Source: Flavobacteriales bacterium UBA6969 (GTDB taxonomy: Bacteria; Bacteroidota; Bacteroidia; Flavobacteriales_D; Sanyastnellaceae). From it: 38,573 nucleotides of DNA. The notes under the pieces were generated by a model. That model was not told the DNA's origin. It worked only from the letters and a program-made list of their open reading frames with translations, and ran no database searches. Position numbers and translations under genes: made by a program. Positions 9,319 to 18,475 of this stretch are shown here, piece by piece; the first letter of the stretch is position 1, and each line of letters begins with the position of its first letter. Where the stretch lies: positions 2,496-41,068 of the forward strand of contig DJYV01000024.1 of NCBI GenBank assembly GCA_002448555.1. The letters run 5' to 3'.

Positions 9319-10491
9319 CTAATGGTTGTATTCAAAGGTTCCATGCTCGCCTGTCACGGTGACGCGGCGGCCTGTATGCGGCTCGCAATGACCAATGATC
9401 TGCGCATCCACGCCCATCGCTTTCGATTCGGCGATGATGGATTTAGCCGCTTCTTGGTCGGTGTAGATTTCCATGCGGTGCCCCATATTGAAGACCTTGT
9501 ACATCTCCTTCCAGTCCGTGCCTGAGCTCGATTGGATCATCTTGAACAGGGGTGGCGTCTCGAACAATTGGTCCTTGATGACATGGACATCATCGACGAA
9601 ATGCAAAACTTTGGTTTGAGCGCCTCCGGAGCAATGCACCATCCCGCTGATGCGGTGGCGCCATTCAGGCAAAATACGGGCGATCAACGGGGCGTAAGTC
9701 CGGGTTGGCGAGAGCACCAATTTTCCCGCATCCAATGGCACGCCGTCAACTGCATCCTGCAGCTCATGGGATCCGGTGTACACCCACTGCTGGTCGGTTC
9801 CGGGATCAAAACTCTCGGGGTACTGAGCCATTAACGATTTGTTGAACACGTCGTGGCGGGCACTGGTGAGTCCATTGGATCCCATGCCCCCATTGTATTC
9901 ACGTTCCCAGTTGGCTTGACCGTGGCTCGCCAATCCCACGATAACTTGACCCGGTGCAATTCTGGAGTTGTCAATCACTTCCGATCGCTTCATGCGTGCG
10001 ACGACCGTTGAGTCGACAATGACCGTCCGCACCAAGTCACCGACATCAGCCGTTTCGCCACCGGTGCTGCGGATGTCAACTCCGTGGCCACGCAGCTCCT
10101 CGAGCAATTCCTCGGAGCCTTGAATGATGGCCTTGATGACCTCGCCCGTAATCAAATGCTTGTTCCGGCCAATGGTACTCGAAAGCAAAATCGGACCGGT
10201 CGCCCCCACGCACAGCAGATCATCCAAATTCATGACCAACGCGTCCTGCGCAATGCCCTTCCAGACGGACAAATCGCCCGTTTCTTTCCAGTACATGTAA
10301 GCCAAAGAAGACTTGGTACCTGCCCCATCGGCGTGCATGACGACACAATGTTCGTCGCTGCCGGTCAAGTAGTCCGGCACAATTTTACAGAAAGCCTTGG
10401 GGAATAGGCCCTTATCCACCCCCTCTATCGCAGCATGTACCTCCTCCTTGCCAGCGGAGACACCTCTGCTTGCGTATCTCGATTCCTCCAC
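9319..10491 (-). CDS. purM: Phosphoribosylformylglycinamidine cyclo-ligase (AIR synthetase), long Bacteroidota form
   Basis: The product contains [33 protein letters not shown], and a PurM N/C-domain pattern. The start is GTG at 10491, and there is no nearby ATG. Confidence 0.88.
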   Translation of the reverse strand: MEESRYASRGVSAGKEEVHAAIEGVDKGLFPKAFCKIVPDYLTGSDEHCVVMHADGAGTKSSLAYMYWKETGDLSVWKGIAQDALVMNLDDLLCVGATGPILLSSTIGRNKHLITGEVIKAIIQGSEELLEELRGHGVDIRSTGGETADVGDLVRTVIVDSTVVARMKRSEVIDNSRIAPGQVIVGLASHGQANWEREYNGGMGSNGLTSARHDVFNKSLMAQYPESFDPGTDQQWVYTGSHELQDAVDGVPLDAGKLVLSPTRTYAPLIARILPEWRHRISGMVHCSGGAQTKVLHFVDDVHVIKDQLFETPPLFKMIQSSSGTDWKEMYKVFNMGHRMEIYTDQEAAKSIIAESKAMGVDAQIIGHCEPHTGRRVTVTGEHGTFEYNH

Positions 10492-10503
10492 GAAAAATGG
10501 TGC

Positions 10504-12504
10504 TTAGTTGCCCGGCTCGTAATCAAAACGCAAGATGCGGAACACCGTACGGCGGTTGGCCTGGTGAGCGCGTTCCTTTTCATCTTCGGTGCGCATCTTG
10601 GCGATGTCCGCATCAGAGACGAGCAAACGCTCCTTGCCGTGTCCCACTGCAACCAGACGATCGCGAGCTACGCCACGGCTGATTAGGTAGTCCACACATG
10701 TCTGAGCACGCTTCTGAGAGAGTTCTTTGTTGTAGCTCGCGTTACCACGGCTATCTGTGTGGGACTCGAGTTGCACCACGAATGTTTCGTTGCGGTCCAT
10801 AATGCTCAACAGGTAATTCAACGAGTCGGCGCTGTTGACTTCATCGTTGATGAGCAATTCAGATTCATTGAAAGGATAGAACACCAATGGCATGTCGTAC
10901 TCCACGTCCAAAACCACCTCCTTCATCGGGAATTCGCGGGTCATGGTGGTGCTGTTGCTCAACCCTACCGTTGAGAAACGATCACCAGTTACGATGTAGC
11001 CTTCGTATTTGACTTCAACATCGTACGTGGTGTTATTCTTGATTTCCTTATCACAAAGCGCGAACGTACCGTCGCCGTCAGCGGTCACCGTAAAGGAATC
11101 GCCGTTGGATCCGTTGATCGTCACTGTCGCTCCCAGCGGATTGCCGGTGTACGAATCAAAGACGTCGCCTTGATAGCAGAATTCCATCTCGGGAAGACGG
11201 AACGAATAGAGGTCGTCCTTTCCCTTTCCGCCGGGACGGCTGGAAGTGAAAATCCCTGCATCTTCATCGTCCTTAAAAATCATGCTGAAGTCGTCCCCAG
11301 AACTGTTGATTGGGTACGGCATCGGTTCGGCTTTTTCGAATTGCATCGTGCCCTCTGCAGGGAGCGCGCGAACAATGTCCAAACCACCCATTTTCCCAAG
11401 CGTTGTAGAGGCGTAATACAAAGCCCCGTCGTAACGCATCGCAGGGAACATCTCGTCACCTGCTGAATTCACATTGGGGCCCATGTTGACGGGCTCACCG
11501 AATGTATCCTCCTTGGCGTCGTAGGCGACATACCAAATGTCCTTGCCGCCAAAACCACCGTCCATGTCCGAAACGAACATCAAAAAGTCGCTGTCCACGG
11601 TGAAGCACGGGTGGCCCACTTGTGAGCTGTCGTCATCGTCGCGGTTGATCAATTCCACCACCTCGGAGGGACCGTACTTGTTGCCCATGGAGCTCGAACG
11701 GTAAACGTCACACGCGTACGAATTGTCCTCGTCGGAAATGCACCGCGTGAAGTAGATGGAACGGTAACTCTTGTCAAATGTCACCGTACCCTCGTTGTAC
11801 TCGGTGTTGATGGTGGAGTTGAGCGGCTCTGGTGTGCTCCAGTTGTCCTTTTTGTCTTGTTCGGCCTTAAACAAATCCATGTACCGCTGTCCCGTAATGG
11901 GATCCTCGCCAGAACCGGTGGACGATTCGCGTGATGAAGCGAAGACGATGGCGTCCGCCTTTTTGGAGGCAAATCCGGCACCATAATCGTAGCTGGTTGA
12001 ATTCAATCGCAGCAAGTTGTCCACGATGTAGCGGCTGGATGGCTCCATCAACTCGAGGGCGTCATTATCCGCTTGCTCAATCATGGCATCCGCCACAGAT
12101 GGATCGCCTCCGTTTTCTTTGTAAGTGATGTACCACTCAATGGCTTCGTCAAACTCCTGCTGCATGGACATCGCTTGTCCGTAGTGCAAGTAAACCTCTG
12201 GATTATCCGATCCGTAACGTAGACCGATGGCCTTATCGTACCACTCCTCAGCACCCGTTGGCTCCATCAATTTCAAGAAGCTCTCCCCCGCCATGAAGGC
12301 AATGCGGCCTTTCTCGTCGATGTCTTTGACCTTGGGGTAGGCCTTGATGTATTCTTGCAGGGATGTGCTGTAGGCACCTCGGTTGTAGGCCAAGTCCGCC
12401 TCTTCAGCCAAATCGCTTTGGGCTGAAACGAATCCGAAGGTGAAGAACATTAGCAAACCGAGAAGGCCGGTCCGCTTCCAACTTGCTTGCAGGTAGTTGT
12501 GCAT
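10504..12504 (-). CDS. Outer-membrane-associated OmpA-family protein (signal peptide, TPR, TolB-like beta-propeller repeats, OmpA C-terminal domain)
   Basis: It has the signal peptide LLGLLMFFTFGFVSAQ and PD40/WD40-like repeats. The C-terminal peptidoglycan-binding OmpA motif is ESHTDSRGNASYNKELSQKRAQTCVDYLISRGVARDRLVAVGHG. I chose the ATG at 12504 rather than the TTG at 12510. Confidence 0.8.
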   Translation of the reverse strand: MHNYLQASWKRTGLLGLLMFFTFGFVSAQSDLAEEADLAYNRGAYSTSLQEYIKAYPKVKDIDEKGRIAFMAGESFLKLMEPTGAEEWYDKAIGLRYGSDNPEVYLHYGQAMSMQQEFDEAIEWYITYKENGGDPSVADAMIEQADNDALELMEPSSRYIVDNLLRLNSTSYDYGAGFASKKADAIVFASSRESSTGSGEDPITGQRYMDLFKAEQDKKDNWSTPEPLNSTINTEYNEGTVTFDKSYRSIYFTRCISDEDNSYACDVYRSSSMGNKYGPSEVVELINRDDDDSSQVGHPCFTVDSDFLMFVSDMDGGFGGKDIWYVAYDAKEDTFGEPVNMGPNVNSAGDEMFPAMRYDGALYYASTTLGKMGGLDIVRALPAEGTMQFEKAEPMPYPINSSGDDFSMIFKDDEDAGIFTSSRPGGKGKDDLYSFRLPEMEFCYQGDVFDSYTGNPLGATVTINGSNGDSFTVTADGDGTFALCDKEIKNNTTYDVEVKYEGYIVTGDRFSTVGLSNSTTMTREFPMKEVVLDVEYDMPLVFYPFNESELLINDEVNSADSLNYLLSIMDRNETFVVQLESHTDSRGNASYNKELSQKRAQTCVDYLISRGVARDRLVAVGHGKERLLVSDADIAKMRTEDEKERAHQANRRTVFRILRFDYEPGN

Positions 12505-12580
12505 TTCCAAACGCTTTAATTCAATTCCCGAATGTAAGGCAAAGTGACCATTCGCGGACTCGCATCCCTGAAAAAGGTCA

Positions 12581-12615
12581 AACAGAAAACGGCCGGGATT
12601 GCTCCCCGCCGTTTC
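12581..12615 (-). terminator. Rho-independent terminator after the GS-III gene
   Basis: AAACGGC (12587..12593) pairs with GCCGTTT (12608..12614). On the minus-strand RNA the stem runs into UUUUCUGUUUG. The element starts about 24 nt after the stop codon. Confidence 0.55.
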
Positions 12616-12638
12616 CTATCGAAAGTGCATACCGAGTC

Positions 12639-14825
12639 TTAACGTGTGAACAGCAATTCAGAGAATTTCGGCAAAGGCCATTCCGCATCGTCGACCAAGG
12701 ACTCGAGTTGGGCGCAGATTTCAGCCGCGGCATCCATACTCGGCACCACCTTTTCAGCGAAGGCTTTGGCACTGGCCAGGGCGTCTTTTGCTGACTCGGC
12801 CTTGTCGTGGACCGCCTCCATATTGGCCGTTGCAGCGTAGAGATCTTGGATGAGTTGGCCGGCTTCCTTCACCATTTCGATTTGCGCTCCGGAGAACTTC
12901 GCCGCCTGCTTGCCGAGTACTGAGTTCAGTTGCTCCACATTCGCGAGCAAACCGTTTTGGTAACGGATGGCCGCAGGAAGTACGGAATTCTTGCACATGC
13001 CAAGAAGCACGCGGTACTCGATTTGCCGCTTCATGATGTAATTCTCAAGCTCGACTTCAACACGGGCAGCGAGTTCCTCTTTGCGCAAAACGCCGAGGAC
13101 TTCGAAGAGCGAAATCACTTCTTTGCGGCTGAATACCGCAAGGGCTTCAGGCGTGGTGCGGAGGTTCGACAACCCGCGCTTTTTCGCTTCCTTCACCCAT
13201 TCGTCGGAGTATCCATTTCCTTCAAATCGGATGACCTTGCTGTCTGCGATGAGCTTCTGCAGTTCCTTCAAAATGGCGTCGTCCTTCTTGTCTCCGCCTG
13301 CGATGCGTGCGTCCACCGCGGCCTTGAAGTCGTTCAACTGCTCTGCAACAATCGTATTCAACACGGTCATCGATACCGCGCAGTTGGCTGTACTGCCCAC
13401 CGCACGCAATTCGAATTTGTTGCCAGTGAAGGCGAATGGAGACGTCCGGTTGCGATCGGTGTTATCGAGCAAAACCTCGGGAATGCGACCGATTTCCAGT
13501 TTCAACGCGGTCTTGTCTTCAGGCGTCAGTTTGCCGGCCTTGATGCTGGTCTCGAGCGCATCGAGGAGTGAAGACAGCTGCGAACCGATGAAAGCACTGA
13601 TGATGGCCGGAGGTGCTTCGTTGGCGCCCAAGCGGTGGTCGTTGCCCACCGATGCGATGGCTGCACGGACGACATCTGCTCGCTTGTGCAATGCCGCGAG
13701 TGTGTTGACGAAGAACGTCAAGAACCGCAAGTTTGTCTTGGGGTTGTTACCCGGCTTGAGCAAGTTCACCCCGGTGTTGGTACCGAGGGACCAGTTGTTG
13801 TGCTTGCCCGAGCCATTGAGCCCTGGGTAGGGCTTTTCGTGCAAGAGCACGCGGAAGTTGTGCTTGCGAGCTACCTGCTCCATCACCTCCATGAGCAGGA
13901 GGTTGTGGTCATTGGCGAGGTTGGCCTCTTCAAAAACGGGTGCGCACTCAAATTGGTTGGGCGCCACCTCGTTGTGACGCGTCGTCACGGGAATGCCCAA
14001 CTTGTGGCACTCCAATTCAAACTCCTTCATGTACGCCGTGGCACGTGCAGGAATGCTGCCGAAGTAATGATCGTCGAGCTGCTGTCCCTTGGCAGGTGCA
14101 GCACCGAACAGCGCACGACCAGTCAACTGCAGGTCAGGGCGCGCGGCGTGGAGCGCCTTATCTACCAGGAAGTATTCCTGCTCCCACCCCAACGTCGCCA
14201 CCACCTTCGTAATGTTCTTGTCGAAATATTGGCACACGGATGTTGCTGCCTCGTCCACTTTGGCCAAGGCCTTCAGCAGCGGGGTTTTGTTGTCCAATGC
14301 AAAACCAGTGTAGCTAATGAAAATGGTGGGGATGCACAAGGTATTTTCCCAAACAAACGCCGGCGATGTGGGGTCCCACAGTGTGTAACCTCGCGCCTCA
14401 AACGTGTTTCGAATGCCGCCATTCGGAAACGAACTGGCATCGGGTTCCTGTTGCACCAGCAGCGAACCGTCGAATTTCTCAATCACCCGGCCATCGGAAG
14501 TTGGGGTGATGAAGCTGTCGTGCTTTTCAGCCGTCGCTCCTGTGAGTGGCTGGAACCAGTGCGTGTAGTGGGTTGCACCCCGCGAAATCGCCCATTCCTT
14601 CATAGCCGACGCGACCTGATCCGCGATGGCTCGGCTGATGGAGGTATGGTTTTCCATCGCATCCACAATGCTGTCGCACGCCTCATCGGTGAGGTACTCC
14701 CGCATCATGGTGAGGTTAAATACGTTCTCTCCGTAGTAATTGGAGATTTTGTTGTCCGGGCGCTCGACCGAGCGTGGCGTGCGTTCCAGGACGTCTTCAA
14801 GGGCTTTTTGGCGCGAAATGCTCAT
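12639..14825 (-). CDS. glnN: Glutamine synthetase type III
   Basis: The product is 728 aa from ATG 14825 (MSISRQKALEDVLERTPRSVERPDNKISNYYGENVF...). It shows the GS-III pattern, including NGSGKHNNWSL and the NRTSPFAFTGNKFELRAVGS motif. The size is typical of Bacteroidota GS III. Confidence 0.92.
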   Translation of the reverse strand: MSISRQKALEDVLERTPRSVERPDNKISNYYGENVFNLTMMREYLTDEACDSIVDAMENHTSISRAIADQVASAMKEWAISRGATHYTHWFQPLTGATAEKHDSFITPTSDGRVIEKFDGSLLVQQEPDASSFPNGGIRNTFEARGYTLWDPTSPAFVWENTLCIPTIFISYTGFALDNKTPLLKALAKVDEAATSVCQYFDKNITKVVATLGWEQEYFLVDKALHAARPDLQLTGRALFGAAPAKGQQLDDHYFGSIPARATAYMKEFELECHKLGIPVTTRHNEVAPNQFECAPVFEEANLANDHNLLLMEVMEQVARKHNFRVLLHEKPYPGLNGSGKHNNWSLGTNTGVNLLKPGNNPKTNLRFLTFFVNTLAALHKRADVVRAAIASVGNDHRLGANEAPPAIISAFIGSQLSSLLDALETSIKAGKLTPEDKTALKLEIGRIPEVLLDNTDRNRTSPFAFTGNKFELRAVGSTANCAVSMTVLNTIVAEQLNDFKAAVDARIAGGDKKDDAILKELQKLIADSKVIRFEGNGYSDEWVKEAKKRGLSNLRTTPEALAVFSRKEVISLFEVLGVLRKEELAARVEVELENYIMKRQIEYRVLLGMCKNSVLPAAIRYQNGLLANVEQLNSVLGKQAAKFSGAQIEMVKEAGQLIQDLYAATANMEAVHDKAESAKDALASAKAFAEKVVPSMDAAAEICAQLESLVDDAEWPLPKFSELLFTR

Positions 14826-14846
14826 TTGGCAGTTTTTTGTTCTACG

Positions 14847-14854
14847 CAAAATTA
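14847..14854 (-). promoter_or_regulatory. Candidate -7 box (TAATTTTG) for the GS-III gene
   Basis: An exact TAnnTTTG match ends 21 nt upstream of ATG 14825. No good TTTG -33 element sits at N19-21. The box abuts the inverted-repeat element at 14852..14928. Confidence 0.35.
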
Positions 14855-14928
14855 CCCCCTAAATTCATAGGGTTAATCACCAAAAACACCAAAATGTTAC
14901 GAACACCCCCTCATTTTTTAGGGGGTAA
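14852..14928. repeat. Perfect 12-bp inverted repeat with two nested local hairpins (four-segment element)
   Basis: TTACCCCCTAAA (14852..14863) and TTTAGGGGGTAA (14917..14928) are exact reverse complements. Each arm also has a local partner. CCCTA/TAGGG (14857..14861 / 14868..14872) forms one hairpin, and ACCCCCT/AGGGGGT (14905..14911 / 14920..14926) forms the other. Confidence 0.7.
14905..14926 (-). terminator. Candidate terminator hairpin after the T9SS cargo gene
   Basis: A perfect 7-bp G/C-rich stem with an 8-nt loop starts 12 nt after the stop at 14938. The U-rich stretch (UUUUGGUGUUUUU) begins only about 12 nt after the stem, so this is non-canonical. Confidence 0.35.
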
Positions 14929-14937
14929 ACTTCAAAA

Positions 14938-17900
14938 TCACCGTTTTTGAATCCACTTACTCAACTTTTGACCTCGTTCATCGAAACAGACAAGGGCATA
15001 CGTTCCAGTGGGCAACGTTGACAGATCCACGGTTTGCAGCAGTCCGGATTGAACGCGCCACTGGCCCGATTGAACAAGCCGGCCCATGGCGTCGTAGCAC
15101 TGCCAGTCGAGCCCTTGCCCAGCCTGAAGTCCACTGAGGAATACCTGGAACACGCCGTCTGACGGGTTCGGGAACACCACCATCGAGGCAGGCGAAACAG
15201 GCAACTCCTCCTCCACTGCAACCAAGTTCGTCTGGAAGAAGAAGGCTTGTGAGATGTAGCGACCGAAATCCGGTTCGAAGTTGATGAAGTTCCCCCCGGC
15301 CACTTTTTTCAGGCGCGTGTACCCGGAACCGTCGCTGTTGGCCCAGAAGCTCTGACCATCATCACCGACATCGTTGACAGTGAAGCGGTAGCAACCTTGG
15401 TTCAATGACAGGGTGTCCTTGAAGGTCGTGTTGGCCGTGGGGTACCCGCGCTCCCATACCACATTTCCGGCAGCGTCCAGTAACTCAACGGAGGTCTCCC
15501 ACGCCACCTGGTTGGTCTTGGTCCACACGATGAGTCGGTTGTCATCCAAATCGGGATAGGACCACGTCGGCACGCGGTGGAATCGGGAATTCGCTTTGTT
15601 GTTACGCGGCTCCTCGTCGACCATGCCGTTGGGCTGGTTGACTTCGACTTCAAACAGCACCCACTCCTCGTCGTCTCCTTCGTACAACGTCGGATCGTCG
15701 TACGGCAATTCCACTTCCACCGACTCGAGAAAGGCCAGGTTGCCCGTCCACTCGTATGTGGCCATGGCGCCGCCTTCAATGCCGTAACTAAACTGGCAAG
15801 AGGTCAACAGCTGGGAACCGTTGTTGCGAATGCGCACGGTCGGTGATTCACAGATGGGGTTCCACCGCGACTCCAACTTGTCGTCGGAGGGCGAAAGGAT
15901 TTGGCTGATCTCCACATCGTATTCCATGTTCGGCTCGCCGTACGCGACGATTTGTCCCTCAAACCGGTAGTTCCCGTCGGGGTCATAGGTAATGTCGTAA
16001 TCCACCGAGAAATCGTCCTGACCAGCCACGAGCGGCGTCAATTCGAAATCCTTCGTATCCACCACAGCGCCCGGACACCAACCGGCCCGGTCGTAAATCC
16101 ACGTACCGCCCTGAGGATACAGAGCGTTGTCCGCGCATTCGCGCATGATTTCCCAGCTCCACTGGGTATCGCCATTGACCTTCACGGAGTGCGTGTTGTA
16201 GCAAAACTCAGCACAATTGTTTCCAGAACCGAAGCCGTGCCCACTCGCGCGGGTTTTCAGCCGGAACATGGACTCACCTTCTTCCGGGATGAATGCGTGA
16301 TCGGTCACGTTGCCGTCAAATGTCGAGAGGGCGTATTGGCCTTTCCAAAAGGCGTCCATACGCTTCACGTCCCGCGGTGGGGTGCCGTGAATGAATGCGA
16401 ATTTCATGTCCAACAGCTCTTGCCAGTTGCCCGCTTGCAGTTCGACACTGTCGCGCAAGAGGTGCACGTAATCGGATACGTCAAAAATCCAGGTCCAGCC
16501 GTCATCATCCAACGTCAGTCCAATGCCATAAGGCGTAATGTATCGGGCCAATTCATAGCGATCCACGACTTCGAAAGGCACCGAGAAATACGTTAAGGTG
16601 TCGTTCAAGAATGCCGTAGCCTCGCCCTCAAGCGGATACGTCGCGAGCACCTCTCCCTCGGGGGTGCGGGTCGTGCGAAGGGTTTCTGCCGGCCATCCAT
16701 AGTCCAGTGATTCCCACGAAACGGCGTTGCCTTGCACCGCCCACTCCGCAATGCTGGTTGCCGGAATGGCTTCCACGTGGTCCACGACCACGGGGTCCTC
16801 CACAACTGCGTCGCCACCCGACCACCAAATCAGCCCCGGGCGCACGCTTTGCGGCATCTCCCCGGGGTGCCAAAATGCTTCATTCGCCGCATACGGCCGT
16901 GTACCGGCATTGCCGTGTGAGAAATGGGTTACTCCATCGCCGATGGCGTGGAGAACCGGGTTGATGTCCATCGAGAGATCGATCAACAAGTCGTCCGCAT
17001 TGGGATGAGATTCGTCCAGGGAACGATCAAAGTATGCGGCTACCGTGGTCGGCGTCAATGCCGCGTTCCACATCCGAAATTCATCGACATCCCCTCGGTA
17101 GTCGTTGCCCCCGTTTCCATTGCATCCGATATGAAAGCGGACCATCTCCCCGAACAGGTTGTCTTTGTCGGTTCCAGAGTGCCACAAGGCCCCATCGAAG
17201 TAGATGGCCATGGTTTCCGTCACCACGTCTTTGGTGAAGGCCCAATGGTGCCATTCGCCCTCGTACTGGTTGGCACTGGCCGCTTGATCGATGCGATCGT
17301 AGCCTCCTTGCCCCCCGGCATCCCAGTAAATACGGCCATTGGACCAAGGCAGGTGAATGTTGATTTCGCGCTGGTTACTGGCGTTCATGCCTTCGCAAAC
17401 CGAGTTGTTCTCCGGCTGGAATTCAGGCGTCCCGCGGGACCAAAACTCAACCGTCACAGCGTCTTCAATGGCGTTGATTTCCTCCACCGCGACCTCGATT
17501 CGGTCGTTGCCATCAAAATGCACATAGCTCCCAGCAGTTCCAGCCTGCCACGTCTTTTGGGGAGCCGCATCACCCACCCAATCGCTTTCCCAATCGGGCG
17601 CATCATCCAATTGCATCAACACCTCAACGACGAGGTGGCTGGCGCCGTCCCACTCCAGCGGAGCATCCAACACAAAACGCCCCGGAGTCGAGGCATCCGA
17701 CACCTTGCTCGATGCGGCTACCGGCCCCGTGTGGAAGCCGTCAAGCGTATCGACCTCCGACCAGTAGAGGTTCCATTGCACCGCATCCCGTGCATCCACC
17801 AGCGATGCCACGGCAGGCCATTCAACGCCGAGACCCGGTGTGCCGTTCCACCCCATGGCTTCCAGTTCTTCCGCTGTCCACAGCCATTGCATTCGTCCGC

Positions 17901-18414
17901 GATCACTTTCCCATCCGAGTTCAGATGATGTTCCCGTGGAGCTGCCGTTTACTGCTCCGGTGGATACCGCTCCGGATAGCGCGTAGTTGGTGTACGTCCA
18001 GCGCACCGTGTCCACAGGAATTTCCGCCACTTCAGTAACCAACGTGTCCGACATGAAATCGAGGTCGTCGATCAACCAATGCGGATGGGTAAGCAAATTG
18101 CTATCCAACATGCCCGTGTGGTCAAACAAATACGTGTAGGTCAAGTAATCCCACTCGCCACAGGCATACCCGAGGTTGCCCGCAGTTCCGTCCTCAAAGC
18201 ACTTGAGGTTGTAGTACATCAGCACTTTTTGATACGACGTATCGTTATCACTCGCTGGGAAATCAAACCAGCGGCGACCCGGGCTATCGTACGCTGTTGC
18301 CGGATTGTTTTGGGCTTCCCACGTGTAGGTCTGAACCCATGTGGTATCGGGGTTTTGGGCAAAAGACTGCGTACACAACAGAGCACTGAATAGGAAAGTA
18401 AGGGCGATTCGCAT
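14938..18414 (-). CDS. Large secreted T9SS cargo protein with a LamG/concanavalin-like domain, PNGase F-like modules and a type-A T9SS C-terminal sorting domain
   Basis: The ATG at 18414 gives the signal peptide MRIALTFLFSALLCTQSFAQ. The LamG-like block is VEFWSRG...EWHHWAFTKD...AIYFDGALWHSG...YRGDVDEFRMWNAAL. The PNGase F-like blocks are YELARYITPYG, IFDVSDYVHLL, NCAEFCYNTHSV and DRAGWCPG. The C-terminus is VVFPNPSDGVFQV...LSTLPTGTYALVCFDERGQ, a Por secretion tail. Confidence 0.8.
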   Translation of the reverse strand: MRIALTFLFSALLCTQSFAQNPDTTWVQTYTWEAQNNPATAYDSPGRRWFDFPASDNDTSYQKVLMYYNLKCFEDGTAGNLGYACGEWDYLTYTYLFDHTGMLDSNLLTHPHWLIDDLDFMSDTLVTEVAEIPVDTVRWTYTNYALSGAVSTGAVNGSSTGTSSELGWESDRGRMQWLWTAEELEAMGWNGTPGLGVEWPAVASLVDARDAVQWNLYWSEVDTLDGFHTGPVAASSKVSDASTPGRFVLDAPLEWDGASHLVVEVLMQLDDAPDWESDWVGDAAPQKTWQAGTAGSYVHFDGNDRIEVAVEEINAIEDAVTVEFWSRGTPEFQPENNSVCEGMNASNQREINIHLPWSNGRIYWDAGGQGGYDRIDQAASANQYEGEWHHWAFTKDVVTETMAIYFDGALWHSGTDKDNLFGEMVRFHIGCNGNGGNDYRGDVDEFRMWNAALTPTTVAAYFDRSLDESHPNADDLLIDLSMDINPVLHAIGDGVTHFSHGNAGTRPYAANEAFWHPGEMPQSVRPGLIWWSGGDAVVEDPVVVDHVEAIPATSIAEWAVQGNAVSWESLDYGWPAETLRTTRTPEGEVLATYPLEGEATAFLNDTLTYFSVPFEVVDRYELARYITPYGIGLTLDDDGWTWIFDVSDYVHLLRDSVELQAGNWQELLDMKFAFIHGTPPRDVKRMDAFWKGQYALSTFDGNVTDHAFIPEEGESMFRLKTRASGHGFGSGNNCAEFCYNTHSVKVNGDTQWSWEIMRECADNALYPQGGTWIYDRAGWCPGAVVDTKDFELTPLVAGQDDFSVDYDITYDPDGNYRFEGQIVAYGEPNMEYDVEISQILSPSDDKLESRWNPICESPTVRIRNNGSQLLTSCQFSYGIEGGAMATYEWTGNLAFLESVEVELPYDDPTLYEGDDEEWVLFEVEVNQPNGMVDEEPRNNKANSRFHRVPTWSYPDLDDNRLIVWTKTNQVAWETSVELLDAAGNVVWERGYPTANTTFKDTLSLNQGCYRFTVNDVGDDGQSFWANSDGSGYTRLKKVAGGNFINFEPDFGRYISQAFFFQTNLVAVEEELPVSPASMVVFPNPSDGVFQVFLSGLQAGQGLDWQCYDAMGRLVQSGQWRVQSGLLQTVDLSTLPTGTYALVCFDERGQKLSKWIQKR

Positions 18415-18475
18415 GGTCGGTGATTCTGGTTTGGCAGGGAAGATACAAATGCGCTTCCGCCTGCCCAACCTTTGA

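Noticed and set aside
13635-14870. A 411-aa plus-strand ORF antisense to the GS-III gene. Similar long antisense ORFs occur at 16924..17928, 20582..21631, 37366..38325, 27156..28058, 27821..28981 and 12930..13830.
   Set aside because: These are shadow ORFs of the kind typical for GC-rich coding DNA. Each fully overlaps a gene with unmistakable homology on the other strand. Their products are low-complexity and Arg/Pro/Gly-rich with no recognisable motifs.
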